Counted from the stretch's first letter, positions 1 to 9,194 are shown. The stretch is DNA of 64,000 nucleotides from an uncultured Bacteroidales bacterium (GCA_964624065.1 CAZUWF010000002.1:68261-132260); one strand, 5' to 3'. A program made the numbers and translations. Notes: a model not told the origin generated them from the letters alone.

Positions 1-513
1 ATCGCATAGCATTTTGAGAAGTTGCGATTCCTTTGAGGTAAGTTTTTGCTGCTCATTTCCAATTTTGAGAGTTTGCGAGGAGAAATCAAACTCGAATTTG
101 CCAAAATGGAAAAGGGTTTTTCCTGAATCTAATTTCACCTCCGAGCGTCTCATAATTGCATTAATCCGCAAGAGGAGTTCTTCCATATCAAATGGCTTGG
201 TCATGTAATCATCGGCACCCAACAAAAGCCCTTCGTGCACATCTTCTTTCAATGATTTGGCAGTGAGAAACAGTATGGGGATTTTCTTGTCCACCTTCCT
301 TACCTCCCTTGCCAAAGAAAAACCGTCCATCAATGGCATCATTACATCAAAAACACAAAATTGGAAAGTCTCCTTCAAAAAGGCATCCAAGGCTTCCTGA
401 CCATTTACCGAAAGGGTAACTGCAAATCCCTTGGCTTCAAGGTAGGCACAAAGAATGGTGCCAAGGTTGTGGTCATCCTCGGCCAGAAGGATTCTTATCT
501 TTTCAGTATGCAT
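1..513 (-). CDS. OmpR/PhoB-type response regulator (C-terminal part cut by window edge)
   Basis: Absent from the ORF track because it runs off the window. Reverse translation from ATG 513-511 reads MHTEKIRILLAEDDHNLGTILCAYLEAKGFAV...DVMMPLMDGFSL...FLTAK...GADDYMTKPF (receiver domain), followed by the start of a winged-helix output domain. It begins 11 nt after the kinase stop. Confidence 0.85.
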   Translation of the reverse strand, partial: MHTEKIRILLAEDDHNLGTILCAYLEAKGFAVTLSVNGQEALDAFLKETFQFCVFDVMMPLMDGFSLAREVRKVDKKIPILFLTAKSLKEDVHEGLLLGADDYMTKPFDMEELLLRINAIMRRSEVKLDSGKTLFHFGKFEFDFSSQTLKIGNEQQKLTSKESQLLKMLCD

Positions 514-524
514 TTCAAAAGTAT

Positions 525-2135
525 TTAAATGTTTTCAAAATCTTTAAACTCCTTTAATCCATAAGGGATGAAAACCGTAAAAGTGGAACCCTTGCCCAAT
601 TCACTTTCAAGGCTTATGGTGCCTCCGTGTTCTTCAACAATCGCCTTAACGTAACTTAACCCAAGTCCGAAACCCTTTACATCGTGCCTATTGCCAGTGG
701 AAACCCTGTAAAGCTTCTCGAAAATCTTTTTCTGGTTGGCCTTGCTGATTCCAATTCCGTTGTCTCGAACATGCACCAGAAGCCCCTTGCCGTTGCTCTC
801 GGTCTTGATTGTTATTTCGGGGTTTTCGGGTGTGTATTTGTTGGCGTTGTCAAGTAGGTTAACAAAAACATTGGTCAAATGCACCTTATCTGCCAAAATG
901 TAACTGTTTTCAGCACCAAGTTCGGCAAAAACCGTTCCTTTTTTTGCTTTTACTTGAATGTTAATGTTTTCGATTGAATTCGAAATTAATTTATGAAGAT
1001 CGAGGCCAACTTTTGAAAGCTTAAGCTTGCCTTTGTCAATTATCGCAGTTTGCAGTACTCTCTCGGTCATCATCGCCAACCTCTGGTTTTCCTCGTCAAC
1101 CATCCGAATGTAGCTCTGGTAAAGGTCTTCCGACTTTGCAATGTCCTTGTCCTTGAGTGCCTGACATACCAATGAAATGGTAGATATTGGCGTTTTCAGC
1201 TCGTGGGTCATGTTGTTGATGAAGTCGTTTTTCATAACCGACAGTTTCTTTTGCCTTATGACGTTGTAGAAAGTGTATGCAAATGAACTTAGGATTATTA
1301 GAATGAATATTGAAGAAATGATCAACATACCGTATGTTTGGCTAAAAATGTATCCCGCCTTATCGGGGAAATACAGGCTGAGAATTCGGTAAGGGTAGTA
1401 ATTGGGGGTAAGTTGAAATTTGTAATCACTTCCCAACAACTCCTTGGTGCTATGGGTTGTTTTCTCAAAAATGGTAATGTTATGAAAACTGTCATAAACT
1501 CCGAAGTCAAACTTGGTGTTGATCCCGCTATTTGTCAATTCTACTTTTAGCAAAGAATCAAGGACCTTTGTTTGTTCGGTCAAGGTAGGTTCGAGCTTGG
1601 CTTGAAGGGCCTTTAGTTCTTCGTTGTATTGATCGCTCAAATGAAGCCTTTCGAGAAAAATCCTTTGGTGTTCCTCCATTTTATCGTTCTCGACTGCCGA
1701 TGGGATAGTCTCGTGGCCATTTGGCCAATCAATACCATTAATGAAGGTAGAATCTTGGGCAAAAATCTCTTTGCCATTTAGCATTTCTCTTATTGTTCTC
1801 CTTGAAAATGTAACTGTTTGATTTTCGATACCCGTGGAGTTACTGCCGTTGGTTTGCTTTGGCAAGGCTCTCTTGTATTCCGTGTGCAAGGAGTCAAGGG
1901 TGGCTTTCATCACTGCTAATCTTTCGGTTTTGGCCTTTTCTGTTAGCCTCATTCGATCCAGTTCCCAAGCAAAGTATCCTTCAATTGCCCTGGTACCCCC
2001 CTCATATACCCTTCGTCCAAAACTTTCTTCCTCTATGGCAGAAGATTTGCTTATCCAATTGAGCTGGATAATTACCAATCCAATCAAAGACACGCTTATT
2101 GCAACCACCAATGAGATTAATAAAACTTTCTTCAT
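525..2135 (-). CDS. Two-component sensor histidine kinase (TM, extracytoplasmic sensor, TM, HisKA, HATPase_c)
   Basis: 536-aa ORF with an ATG start. H-box NMTHELKTPIS, N-box LLDNANKYT, G-boxes DNGIGI and GFGLGLSYV. Two hydrophobic segments flank a roughly 240-aa outer region. Confidence 0.9.
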   Translation of the reverse strand: MKKVLLISLVVAISVSLIGLVIIQLNWISKSSAIEEESFGRRVYEGGTRAIEGYFAWELDRMRLTEKAKTERLAVMKATLDSLHTEYKRALPKQTNGSNSTGIENQTVTFSRRTIREMLNGKEIFAQDSTFINGIDWPNGHETIPSAVENDKMEEHQRIFLERLHLSDQYNEELKALQAKLEPTLTEQTKVLDSLLKVELTNSGINTKFDFGVYDSFHNITIFEKTTHSTKELLGSDYKFQLTPNYYPYRILSLYFPDKAGYIFSQTYGMLIISSIFILIILSSFAYTFYNVIRQKKLSVMKNDFINNMTHELKTPISTISLVCQALKDKDIAKSEDLYQSYIRMVDEENQRLAMMTERVLQTAIIDKGKLKLSKVGLDLHKLISNSIENINIQVKAKKGTVFAELGAENSYILADKVHLTNVFVNLLDNANKYTPENPEITIKTESNGKGLLVHVRDNGIGISKANQKKIFEKLYRVSTGNRHDVKGFGLGLSYVKAIVEEHGGTISLESELGKGSTFTVFIPYGLKEFKDFENI

Positions 2136-2160
2136 TTTTCACCCCAAAGTTCATAGGTTA

Positions 2161-2168
2161 CAAAAATA
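2161..2168 (-). promoter_or_regulatory. Candidate Bacteroidota sigmaA -7 box (TAnnTTTG) for the kinase/regulator operon
   Basis: The reverse strand reads TATTTTTG, 26 nt upstream of ATG 2135. Confidence 0.4.
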
Positions 2169-2245
2169 AAAGTATAAGGAATTGCAAAAACAATCCTTAA
2201 CATAATTTAACTATGGCGGATTCGGAAATGTGGTGGTGAATTTTA

Positions 2246-2269
2246 GAAAAAAAAGCCCCTTTCGGGGCT
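2246..2269 (-). terminator. Rho-independent terminator after tRNA-Leu
   Basis: The reverse strand reads AGCCCC-GAAA-GGGGCT followed by a run of 8 T, directly downstream of the tRNA 3' end. Confidence 0.7.
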
Positions 2270-2274
2270 GATTG

Positions 2275-2358
2275 TACCCAGGGCCGGGATCGAACCGGCA
2301 CGGTATCGCTACCATTGGTGTTTGAGACCAACGCGTCTACCAATTCCGCCACCTGGGC
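2275..2358 (-). tRNA. tRNA-Leu (anticodon CAA), class II with long variable arm
   Basis: The reverse strand reads GCCCAGGTGGCGGAATTGGTAGACGCGTTGGTCTCAAACACCAATGGTAGCGATACCGTGCCGGTTCGATCCCGGCCCTGGGTA. Acceptor stem, D-loop, CT-CAA-AC anticodon loop, long extra arm and a GGTTCGATCC T-arm are all present. Confidence 0.9.
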
Positions 2359-2463
2359 AAAAACCTTGTAGGTTTTTAGGCTGCAAATTTAAGAATAAGT
2401 TTGTAACGGAAAACAAATTTCGAAAACATTTCCACAAAAAACATAGTAGAGCCATTTTATTTT

Positions 2464-2471
2464 TACTTTTG
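2464..2471 (+). promoter_or_regulatory. Candidate -7 box (TACTTTTG) for prs
   Basis: Matches TAnnTTTG 25 nt upstream of ATG 2496. Confidence 0.45.
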
Positions 2472-2495
2472 CACATAACTCAACCCATTTCGCCA

Positions 2496-3440
2496 ATGAC
2501 TTCCTCAGTAAAGATATTCACTGGATCTGCCTCGCGTTACCTCGCCCAAAGGATCTGCCATGAGTATGGAATACCGTTGGGCAAGGAAAACATTTATTTT
2601 TTTTCGGATGGTGAAATGCAGCCCTCCTTTGAAGAAACCCTGCGTGGTAGTGATGTATTTTTGGTTCAAAGTACCATCCCGCCGGCCGAGAACCTTATGG
2701 AACTACTATTAATGGTTGATGCTGCCAAAAGAGCTTCGGCAAATAATGTGATAGCCGTGATACCATATTTTGGGTTTGCCAGGCAGGATCGCAAGGACAA
2801 GCCTCGGGTACCAATAGGTGCCAAGCTTATTGCCAATCTTTTGGAAGCGGCCGGGGTAAACAGGCTTATTACAATGGATCTGCACGCTGACCAAATTCAA
2901 GGGTTTTTCGACGTTCCGGTTGACCACATCTATGCCTCCACCCTTTTTGTTCCCTACATTTTGAGCCTTAACCTACCTAATTTGGTAATGGCTTCGCCCG
3001 ACACCGGCGGCACGCGGAGAGCTGCTGCCTATGCAAAATTCACCAATAGCGAGCTGGCAATATGTTACAAGCAACGGGCCAAACCAAATGAAGTTGACCG
3101 TATGATGCTGATCGGGGATGTTGTCGGTAAGGATGTTGTAATTGTTGACGACATTATAGACACTGCTGGTTCGATAACCAAGGCTGGCAAGATGATCATG
3201 GAAAACGGGGCAAAAAGCGTCAGGGCAGTGTGTACCCACCCTATTTTTAGCGGAAATGCAATTGAAAAATTGGATGGCAGCGTTTTTAAAGAGGTAATTG
3301 TTACCGACACCATTCCACTAAAGGAAACCTCCCCTAAGATAACCGTTATAAGTACCGCCAAGTTGTTTGCAGATGTAATTAATCGGGTGAACACAAACAG
3401 CTCGATTAGTTCTTATTTCAAATTTCCAACTATGTTGTAA
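2496..3440 (+). CDS. prs: Ribose-phosphate pyrophosphokinase (PRPP synthetase)
   Basis: MTSSVKIFTGSAS...GFARQDRKDKPR...DLHADQIQGFF...VDDIIDTAGS are typical Prs motifs. The track ORF start at 2322 overlaps the tRNA, so I trimmed it to ATG 2496. Confidence 0.95.
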   Translation: MTSSVKIFTGSASRYLAQRICHEYGIPLGKENIYFFSDGEMQPSFEETLRGSDVFLVQSTIPPAENLMELLLMVDAAKRASANNVIAVIPYFGFARQDRKDKPRVPIGAKLIANLLEAAGVNRLITMDLHADQIQGFFDVPVDHIYASTLFVPYILSLNLPNLVMASPDTGGTRRAAAYAKFTNSELAICYKQRAKPNEVDRMMLIGDVVGKDVVIVDDIIDTAGSITKAGKMIMENGAKSVRAVCTHPIFSGNAIEKLDGSVFKEVIVTDTIPLKETSPKITVISTAKLFADVINRVNTNSSISSYFKFPTML

Positions 3441-4186
3441 TCATCAGGGTATGCTACACTCTGAAAGTACAAACCACAGGCAGGAACCGACAGGCCGGCC
3501 TTGCTGCGGCTCCGCGATTCGATTATTTGCCTGAATCCACCAGGCGAGGTTTTACCCAACCCAACGTCAACCAAGGTACCCACTATGGCACGGACCATAT
3601 TGCGCAGAAACCTATCGGCAGTTATTTCAAATTTCAAGAGGTCCTGTCCTGCTTCCCATCTGGCACCCATAATCTTGCACTTATAGTTACTTGCCCCCGA
3701 GTTAGCCTTGCAAAAGCTCTTAAAATCATCATGGCAAAGGAGTTGGCTTGTAGCTTCGCGCATTAACTCTAAACTCAATTCTTGTGGAACGTACCAGGAT
3801 TTGTTGATCAAGAACGGGTTTTTGGTGGTGTTTATCAAGTATTGGTAGGTTCGGCTGGTGGCACTAAACCTGGCATGAATGTGAGGTTTTACAATTTCCA
3901 TTTTCCTGACCGCAACATCAAAAGGCAAGACACAGTTTAGTTTGTAGGTTAATTGATCCAATTGATTTGATGGTAAGCACGAATGATAATCAAAATGTGC
4001 TGCAAAGCCAAGTGCATGTACTCCGGTATCGGTGCGGCCGGCACCCACCGATTCAATTTTATCCCTGAGCAGGGTGCTAAGTGCCTTGTTCGTTATTTCC
4101 TGCACCGTGATGGCATTGTTCTGGACTTGCCATCCATTGTATTCAGTTCCGTCGTATTGCAGCCAAATGAAGTATCTGGTTTTCAT
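3413..4186 (-). CDS. truA: tRNA pseudouridine(38-40) synthase TruA
   Basis: MKTRYFIWLQYDGTEYNGWQVQ...GAGRTDTGVHA (catalytic Asp motif). The track start at 4195 is TTG; the first ATG is at 4186. Confidence 0.9.
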   Translation of the reverse strand: MKTRYFIWLQYDGTEYNGWQVQNNAITVQEITNKALSTLLRDKIESVGAGRTDTGVHALGFAAHFDYHSCLPSNQLDQLTYKLNCVLPFDVAVRKMEIVKPHIHARFSATSRTYQYLINTTKNPFLINKSWYVPQELSLELMREATSQLLCHDDFKSFCKANSGASNYKCKIMGARWEAGQDLLKFEITADRFLRNMVRAIVGTLVDVGLGKTSPGGFRQIIESRSRSKAGLSVPACGLYFQSVAYPDDYNIVGNLK

Positions 4187-4206
4187 ATTTCCCAAAAAAG
4201 GATTGA

Positions 4207-5166
4207 TTAAGCAAATCTATTTGAATACCTGGAAGCAATAAGACTAATCACGAAAATTTGCAATGAATGGTAAATCATTATCGGTATGAGCATGATACCC
4301 GCCGTTGTCAAAGATCCGAATAGCACGTTTGAAAAAACGGTTCCGTGTATCAACGACTTCATCGAGCCGCAGAAAATGAAGGTAATTCTATCATTTTCGT
4401 TGAATCCTACCCGTTTGGCAACCCAATAGAGAATGACGAGAACCACAATAAACAAAATCATTACCAAAACTGTAATTATCAAGATGTTGAAGCCACCAAC
4501 TTGGGCAAAAAGACCCTTGTTGATGGAGTCTGATAAACTCTTGTAAACAATCAGTAGCACCACCACCTTGTCTAATAATGACAATCTGGATAGGTGTTTT
4601 TTTGTCCATTTTAGGAGCCAAGGTCTTAAAATTGCCCCTAAAAGCACCGGTGTGACTATCTCAACAATCATCCTAAGTAGAATGTTGCTGAAATCAAAGT
4701 TGCCGTATTTGGCGGTCAAAAATATTCCCATCCAAATTGGTGTAATCAAAATACCTATCAAACCCGAAATGCTCGCATTCAATATTGCCGCTGGTTCGTT
4801 GCCCTTGGCCACCGTAACCATTACCACCGAGGCAGCCACAGTTGATGGCAGGGCGGCAAGGAAGAACATTGCCAACCACAAGGTTTCTTGTATTCCGGTT
4901 TTGATTAAGGGATAAAACGCCAAGACCAAAACCGGGAACAGCAAGAAGGTTGCAAGCTGGATTGAGATGTGTAGGCGAAAGTTTCCCAGGCCGGCTATAA
5001 TTTTTTCGGGGCCTAATTTAAGGCCATGGAAAAAAAAATTCAAGGATATCCCTATCCGGCTTGCAATACTTATGGGCACCCCATTTTCAAAAAGTGCCAA
5101 ATCGGGAAGCACCCAGGCTAGTACCGCCGCCAAAAATAAGGCTATTACAAAATGGTTGTCCTTCAT
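4207..5166 (-). CDS. Bile acid:sodium symporter (SBF-like) family membrane transporter
   Basis: About 319 aa and hydrophobic throughout (roughly 9-10 predicted helices), with an SBF/YfeH-like layout. The track start at 5181 is TTG; the ATG is at 5166. Confidence 0.75.
   Translation of the reverse strand: MKDNHFVIALFLAAVLAWVLPDLALFENGVPISIASRIGISLNFFFHGLKLGPEKIIAGLGNFRLHISIQLATFLLFPVLVLAFYPLIKTGIQETLWLAMFFLAALPSTVAASVVMVTVAKGNEPAAILNASISGLIGILITPIWMGIFLTAKYGNFDFSNILLRMIVEIVTPVLLGAILRPWLLKWTKKHLSRLSLLDKVVVLLIVYKSLSDSINKGLFAQVGGFNILIITVLVMILFIVVLVILYWVAKRVGFNENDRITFIFCGSMKSLIHGTVFSNVLFGSLTTAGIMLIPIMIYHSLQIFVISLIASRYSNRFA
4212..4219 (-). promoter_or_regulatory. Candidate -7 box (TAGATTTG) for truA
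   Basis: The reverse strand matches TAnnTTTG 26 nt upstream of ATG 4186, inside the 3' end of the upstream symporter gene. Confidence 0.35.
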
Positions 5167-5208
5167 GTAAAAAACGACCAATAAACCATTATGCTACATA
5201 ATTGTGGT

Positions 5209-5216
5209 TACCTTTG
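5209..5216 (+). promoter_or_regulatory. Candidate -7 box (TACCTTTG) for the WtpA-like gene
   Basis: Matches TAnnTTTG 54 nt upstream of ATG 5270 and lies downstream of the track GTG at 5204, which favours the 5270 start. Confidence 0.45.
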
Positions 5217-5269
5217 CAAAGTTAGCTTTCTATTTCAAAAATGGTGCGGTATTTTTTATTCACGAAAAT

Positions 5270-6295
5270 ATGACAGGATATTCATTAAACTATTCTTCCA
5301 GGTGTTGGCGACAAAAAGGTTGTCAGATATTTTCAATACTTTTATTGATAATAGGCTCGGTGTTAGGCTTCAACTGTTGCACTTCAAAGCCTAAGACCCA
5401 TCAGCCTGAAACCCTCACCATAATTCACGCCGGAAGCTTATCTTACCCAGTAGGCAAGATTATTGAAGAGTTCAAGAAAGAAAACCCTGGGGTGATAATT
5501 CTATCTGAAGCCTGGGGAAGCAAGGCTGGGGCACGGCGCGTGATGGACCTTGAAACCAATTGCGATGTTTTTCTCTCGGCCGATTACATGGTAATTAAAA
5601 GGATGCTGGTTCCAAAGTACGCCCATTGGTACCTCAAGTTCGCAACCAACGAGATGGCCATTGTTTTTACAAAAAAATCAAGATTTTCTGACGAAATTAC
5701 CTCACAAAACTGGCTTGAGATCTTGCTGAGGCCTGGGGTGGAGGTAGGCCGAAGCGATCCTGACCACGACCCTTGCGGCTACAGGTCAGTATTTACCCTT
5801 CAGCTTGCAGAACCATTTTTCAACGATACGATAGGGCCCAGAAGGATTTTTGAAAAAAGCAAGAAGAACATCAGACCGAAAGAAACCGACTTGTTGGCAT
5901 TGTTGGAAGCAAATCACCTCGACTACATTTTTCTCTATCGAAGCGTGGCCCAGCAGCACAAGCTACCTTACATTACCCTGCCCGATGAGTTGAACCTTAG
6001 AAACCAAGATCTTGACTCACTTTACGCAACTGCCAAAGTTGAAACCGTGGGAGCAAAACCAGGCGCAAAGATTATTGAGGTTGGTGAGGCAATGGTTTAT
6101 GGTGTTACCATTCCACTTAAATCCACAAATCCAGAAATGGCCGAAAGATTTGTTAGGTTTTTGCTCGAGGCCAGCAAGGGCCTGAAAATACTGGAAAACC
6201 TCGGGCAGCCCGGTGTAGTGCCTTCAAGGTCAACCACCTTTGATTACATCCCGGAATCGTTAAGATGCTTTGCCCTGGAAGACAAGGCTCGCTGA
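5270..6295 (+). CDS. Periplasmic-binding-protein lipoprotein, WtpA/ModA-like (molybdate/tungstate-type)
   Basis: Lipoprotein-like leader (LLLIIGSVLGFNCC). HAGSLS...SADY...PKYAHWYLKFATNE...DPCGYR resembles what I recall of the archaeal WtpA oxyanion-binding family. Confidence 0.65.
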   Translation: MTGYSLNYSSRCWRQKGCQIFSILLLIIGSVLGFNCCTSKPKTHQPETLTIIHAGSLSYPVGKIIEEFKKENPGVIILSEAWGSKAGARRVMDLETNCDVFLSADYMVIKRMLVPKYAHWYLKFATNEMAIVFTKKSRFSDEITSQNWLEILLRPGVEVGRSDPDHDPCGYRSVFTLQLAEPFFNDTIGPRRIFEKSKKNIRPKETDLLALLEANHLDYIFLYRSVAQQHKLPYITLPDELNLRNQDLDSLYATAKVETVGAKPGAKIIEVGEAMVYGVTIPLKSTNPEMAERFVRFLLEASKGLKILENLGQPGVVPSRSTTFDYIPESLRCFALEDKAR

Positions 6296-6304
6296 AACCT
6301 CCGC

Positions 6305-7108
6305 TCAACCTACTTTGTAGTGAGATGCCAAAACCTTGAAAAACAACTTCGAAGGGAGTATCCTTTTAAGCAAAACCGCAAGTTTTTGGTCTAACGAAGC
6401 AATAATATACCTGTGTTTAGGGCTCTTTTTACTAACTATGCGTCCTATTTTCTTGGCAAGGATGGCTGGATCAAGCCCACCTGTTTCGTCGTTTTCGATC
6501 ACCGCAAGGGTTTTTTCGAGTGCATCCTTGTAATTTCCCTTCTTGGCATTCTCTACCAATCTCCTGTTTGATGTGAACCCAGTGTGAAAATCACCTGGAT
6601 TGACCAAAACTACCTTTACTCCAAACCTAGAAACCTCGTATCTAAGCGATTCCATAAATCCCTCAACCCCGAACTTACTGGCTGAATAAAATCCCTGAAA
6701 TGGTAGGGCCAACAGTCCGGCAATAGAACCTATGGTAATTATGGTCCCACCACCTTGGGCAATCATGTAAGGCAACGAATGCTTCGAACACCTAAACGCT
6801 CCCATAAGGTTGGTGTTGAGCTCAACCATTGATTCGGCTTCAGTGTAATCTTGCAGGGCACCCCCTAGGCCAATTCCGGCATTGTTTATCAACACATCAA
6901 TCCTACCCTGGTCTTTGACAATTGAATCTATGGTTGCCTTGACCTCAATGTCGGATGTTACGTCCATCCTAACCACTTTGATACCTTCTAGGTAGTAGCC
7001 ATCCTTTCGACTGGTTCCATACACCACGTGGCCTTGGCTCGAGAGGGTTTTGGCAATTTGAAGTCCGAACCCCGAAGACACTCCGGTAATAAAAATTACT
7101 TTTTTCAT
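6305..7108 (-). CDS. Classical short-chain dehydrogenase/reductase (SDR)
   Basis: TGVSSGFG Rossmann motif, NNAG, and YSASK catalytic Tyr/Lys. It has no -7 box of its own and sits 77 nt downstream of the alpha-oxoamine synthase gene. Confidence 0.85.
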   Translation of the reverse strand: MKKVIFITGVSSGFGLQIAKTLSSQGHVVYGTSRKDGYYLEGIKVVRMDVTSDIEVKATIDSIVKDQGRIDVLINNAGIGLGGALQDYTEAESMVELNTNLMGAFRCSKHSLPYMIAQGGGTIITIGSIAGLLALPFQGFYSASKFGVEGFMESLRYEVSRFGVKVVLVNPGDFHTGFTSNRRLVENAKKGNYKDALEKTLAVIENDETGGLDPAILAKKIGRIVSKKSPKHRYIIASLDQKLAVLLKRILPSKLFFKVLASHYKVG

Positions 7109-7185
7109 AGCAAAGAACCTTTTTTAAAGGCAAAAAAGCAACCCACTGGCAAGCGAGCTGCTTTTTGCGCAAATTTCAATAATAA

Positions 7186-8373
7186 TTATTCGATAATTCC
7201 CAGCTGTTGCGAAACTTTTTTGATGGTCTCGAGGGCAAAATCAATTTGCTCTTCGGTGTGTGTGGCCATTAGTGAGAAACGAATAAGAGTATCTTCTTTC
7301 TTAACGGCAGGTGAAAGCACTGGATTTACAAAGATTCCGTTGTCCAAAAGGATCTTGGTAAGGGTCATGGTTTTGATGTCATCGCGGACGTAAAGTGGAA
7401 TTATAGGAGTGTCGGAATGGCCGATGTCAAATCCCATTTCCCTAAAGGCCTTTTGACACTTCCTTGTGATCTTCCATAAATATTCTATGCGCTGGGGTTC
7501 CTTTTCCATAATGTCTAAGGCGGCCAAAACTGTGGCGACAGAAGCTGGGGTCATACTGGCACTAAAGATCAACGACCTTGAGTGGTGTTTCAAGAAGTTC
7601 ATCGTTTCCTTGTCGCCGGCAATGAATCCACCGAGTGACGCCATTGATTTCGAAAAAGTGCTCATTATCAGGTCAACCTGATCGGTCAAGCCAAAATGAT
7701 CGGCGGTACCCCTACCATTGCGGCCCAAAACCCCAAATGAGTGGGCATCATCAACCATCACCGTTGCACCGTATTTGTTTGCAAGCTCCACGAGCCTTGG
7801 CAGGTTGACTATGTCGCCCTCCATTGAAAAAATGCCATCAACAACTATGAATTTGACATTATCCTGGTCGCAGGCCTTAAGCTTTGACTCAAGAGACTCC
7901 ATATTATTATGGGCAAACTTCAATACCTTCGAAAAAGCCAAGCGACTACCTTCAATGATCGAAGCGTGATCGGAATCATCGAGCAAAATGGTGTCAGACC
8001 TACCCGTAAGCGACGACACTACACCGAGGTTAACCTGAAAACCAGTACTGTAGCACAGTGCAGCATCCTTGCCAACGAACTTTGCCAGCCTGTCTTCCAA
8101 CTCAATGTGAATATCGAGGGTGCCGTTCAAAAACCTCGAACCGGCACAGCCTGTGCCATATTTGTCAATGGCTCTTTTGGCGGCCTCCACAACCTCAGGA
8201 TGATTGGTGAGGCCAAGGTAACTGTTTGATCCAAACATTAATACCTTCTTTCCGTTTACTATAACCTCGCTATCTTGTTCAGATTCAATAACCCTGAAAT
8301 AGGGATAAATGCCCATAGCCATTGCCTGCTGAGGCAAGTCGTACATGGCCATCCTTTGTTGCATTAGCTTCAT
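7186..8373 (-). CDS. Alpha-oxoamine synthase family PLP enzyme (serine palmitoyltransferase / cysteate-fatty acyltransferase-like)
   Basis: FGSNSYLGL, DDSDHASIIEG, VDDAHSFGVLG and TFSKSMASLGG (PLP lysine) are AONS/Spt motifs. The track start at 8487 is TTG; ATG 8373 gives about 395 aa and lies 37 nt after a -7 box. Confidence 0.85.
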   Translation of the reverse strand: MKLMQQRMAMYDLPQQAMAMGIYPYFRVIESEQDSEVIVNGKKVLMFGSNSYLGLTNHPEVVEAAKRAIDKYGTGCAGSRFLNGTLDIHIELEDRLAKFVGKDAALCYSTGFQVNLGVVSSLTGRSDTILLDDSDHASIIEGSRLAFSKVLKFAHNNMESLESKLKACDQDNVKFIVVDGIFSMEGDIVNLPRLVELANKYGATVMVDDAHSFGVLGRNGRGTADHFGLTDQVDLIMSTFSKSMASLGGFIAGDKETMNFLKHHSRSLIFSASMTPASVATVLAALDIMEKEPQRIEYLWKITRKCQKAFREMGFDIGHSDTPIIPLYVRDDIKTMTLTKILLDNGIFVNPVLSPAVKKEDTLIRFSLMATHTEEQIDFALETIKKVSQQLGIIE

Positions 8374-8409
8374 TAGGTGTAATATTAGGTTTGATTGAAG
8401 ATTTGGACG

Positions 8410-8417
8410 CAAAGGTA
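8410..8417 (-). promoter_or_regulatory. Candidate -7 box (TACCTTTG) for the oxoamine synthase-SDR pair
   Basis: The reverse strand matches TAnnTTTG 37 nt upstream of ATG 8373. Confidence 0.45.
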
Positions 8418-8512
8418 AGATTTTTTTGATTAATGACCGTTTAGAAATTCTTTTGAGGTTTTTTTCGATTAAGAACCTACCAACCAATGCCGCAGATTAC
8501 AAAATATTTAGT

Positions 8513-8520
8513 TACCTTTG
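8513..8520 (+). promoter_or_regulatory. Candidate -7 box (TACCTTTG) for rplY
   Basis: Matches TAnnTTTG 47 nt upstream of ATG 8567. Confidence 0.45.
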
Positions 8521-8566
8521 CGGCCTAATTTTAAAAGAATAATAAAACTTAAACAATTTTTATTAA

Positions 8567-9178
8567 ATGAAAACGGTATCTATGAGCGGTTCTCTTAGAG
8601 AGAACGTAGGGAAAAAAGATGCGAAAAAGGCCAGACGCGAAGGCTTGGTACCTTGTGTGTTGTACGGTGGAGAGGAGCAAATCTTGTTCGTGGCCGAAGA
8701 AAAGGCATTCAAGGAAGTAGTTTACTCGCACGAAGTTTGTCTTCTTAACCTTGAAATCAACGGCAAGACCTATAAGGCTCTTCTGCAAGACATACAGTTT
8801 CATCCTGTAAGGGAGCAAATCTTGCATGCAGACTTTCTAGAAATTTTTGACGACAAACCAATAAAAATGGCCATTCCGGTAAAACTTTCTGGTACTAGCC
8901 CAGGTGTTTTGCAGGGTGGAAAACTTGACCTGAAACTGCGCAAGTTGTTGGTAAGGGCATTGCCAGCCAACCTGCCCGATTTCATCGAGGTTTCGATAGC
9001 CAAGCTGAAGGTTGCAGATGCAATCAAAGTTGAGCAACTTAGCGGCACCAACCTTGAGTTTCTTGATACACCCAAATCGGTCATTGTTCAAGTTAAAACT
9101 GCGCGTAACGTTATCGCTGTTTCAGCTGATGATGAAGAAGAGGGAGCCGAAGAGGCCAGTGGGGCAGCAACCGAGTAG
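8567..9178 (+). CDS. rplY: 50S ribosomal protein L25 / general stress protein Ctc
   Basis: 203 aa. The N-terminus (RENVGKKDAKKARREGLVPCVLYG) and an acidic C-terminal tail are typical of long-form L25/Ctc. Confidence 0.9.
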   Translation: MKTVSMSGSLRENVGKKDAKKARREGLVPCVLYGGEEQILFVAEEKAFKEVVYSHEVCLLNLEINGKTYKALLQDIQFHPVREQILHADFLEIFDDKPIKMAIPVKLSGTSPGVLQGGKLDLKLRKLLVRALPANLPDFIEVSIAKLKVADAIKVEQLSGTNLEFLDTPKSVIVQVKTARNVIAVSADDEEEGAEEASGAATE

Positions 9179-9194
9179 TGAGAACGAAAGTTAT

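Noticed and set aside
2322-2495. N-terminal extension of the prs ORF in the track.
   Set aside because: It overlaps the tRNA-Leu gene and the prs promoter box. The conserved Prs N-terminus begins at ATG 2496.
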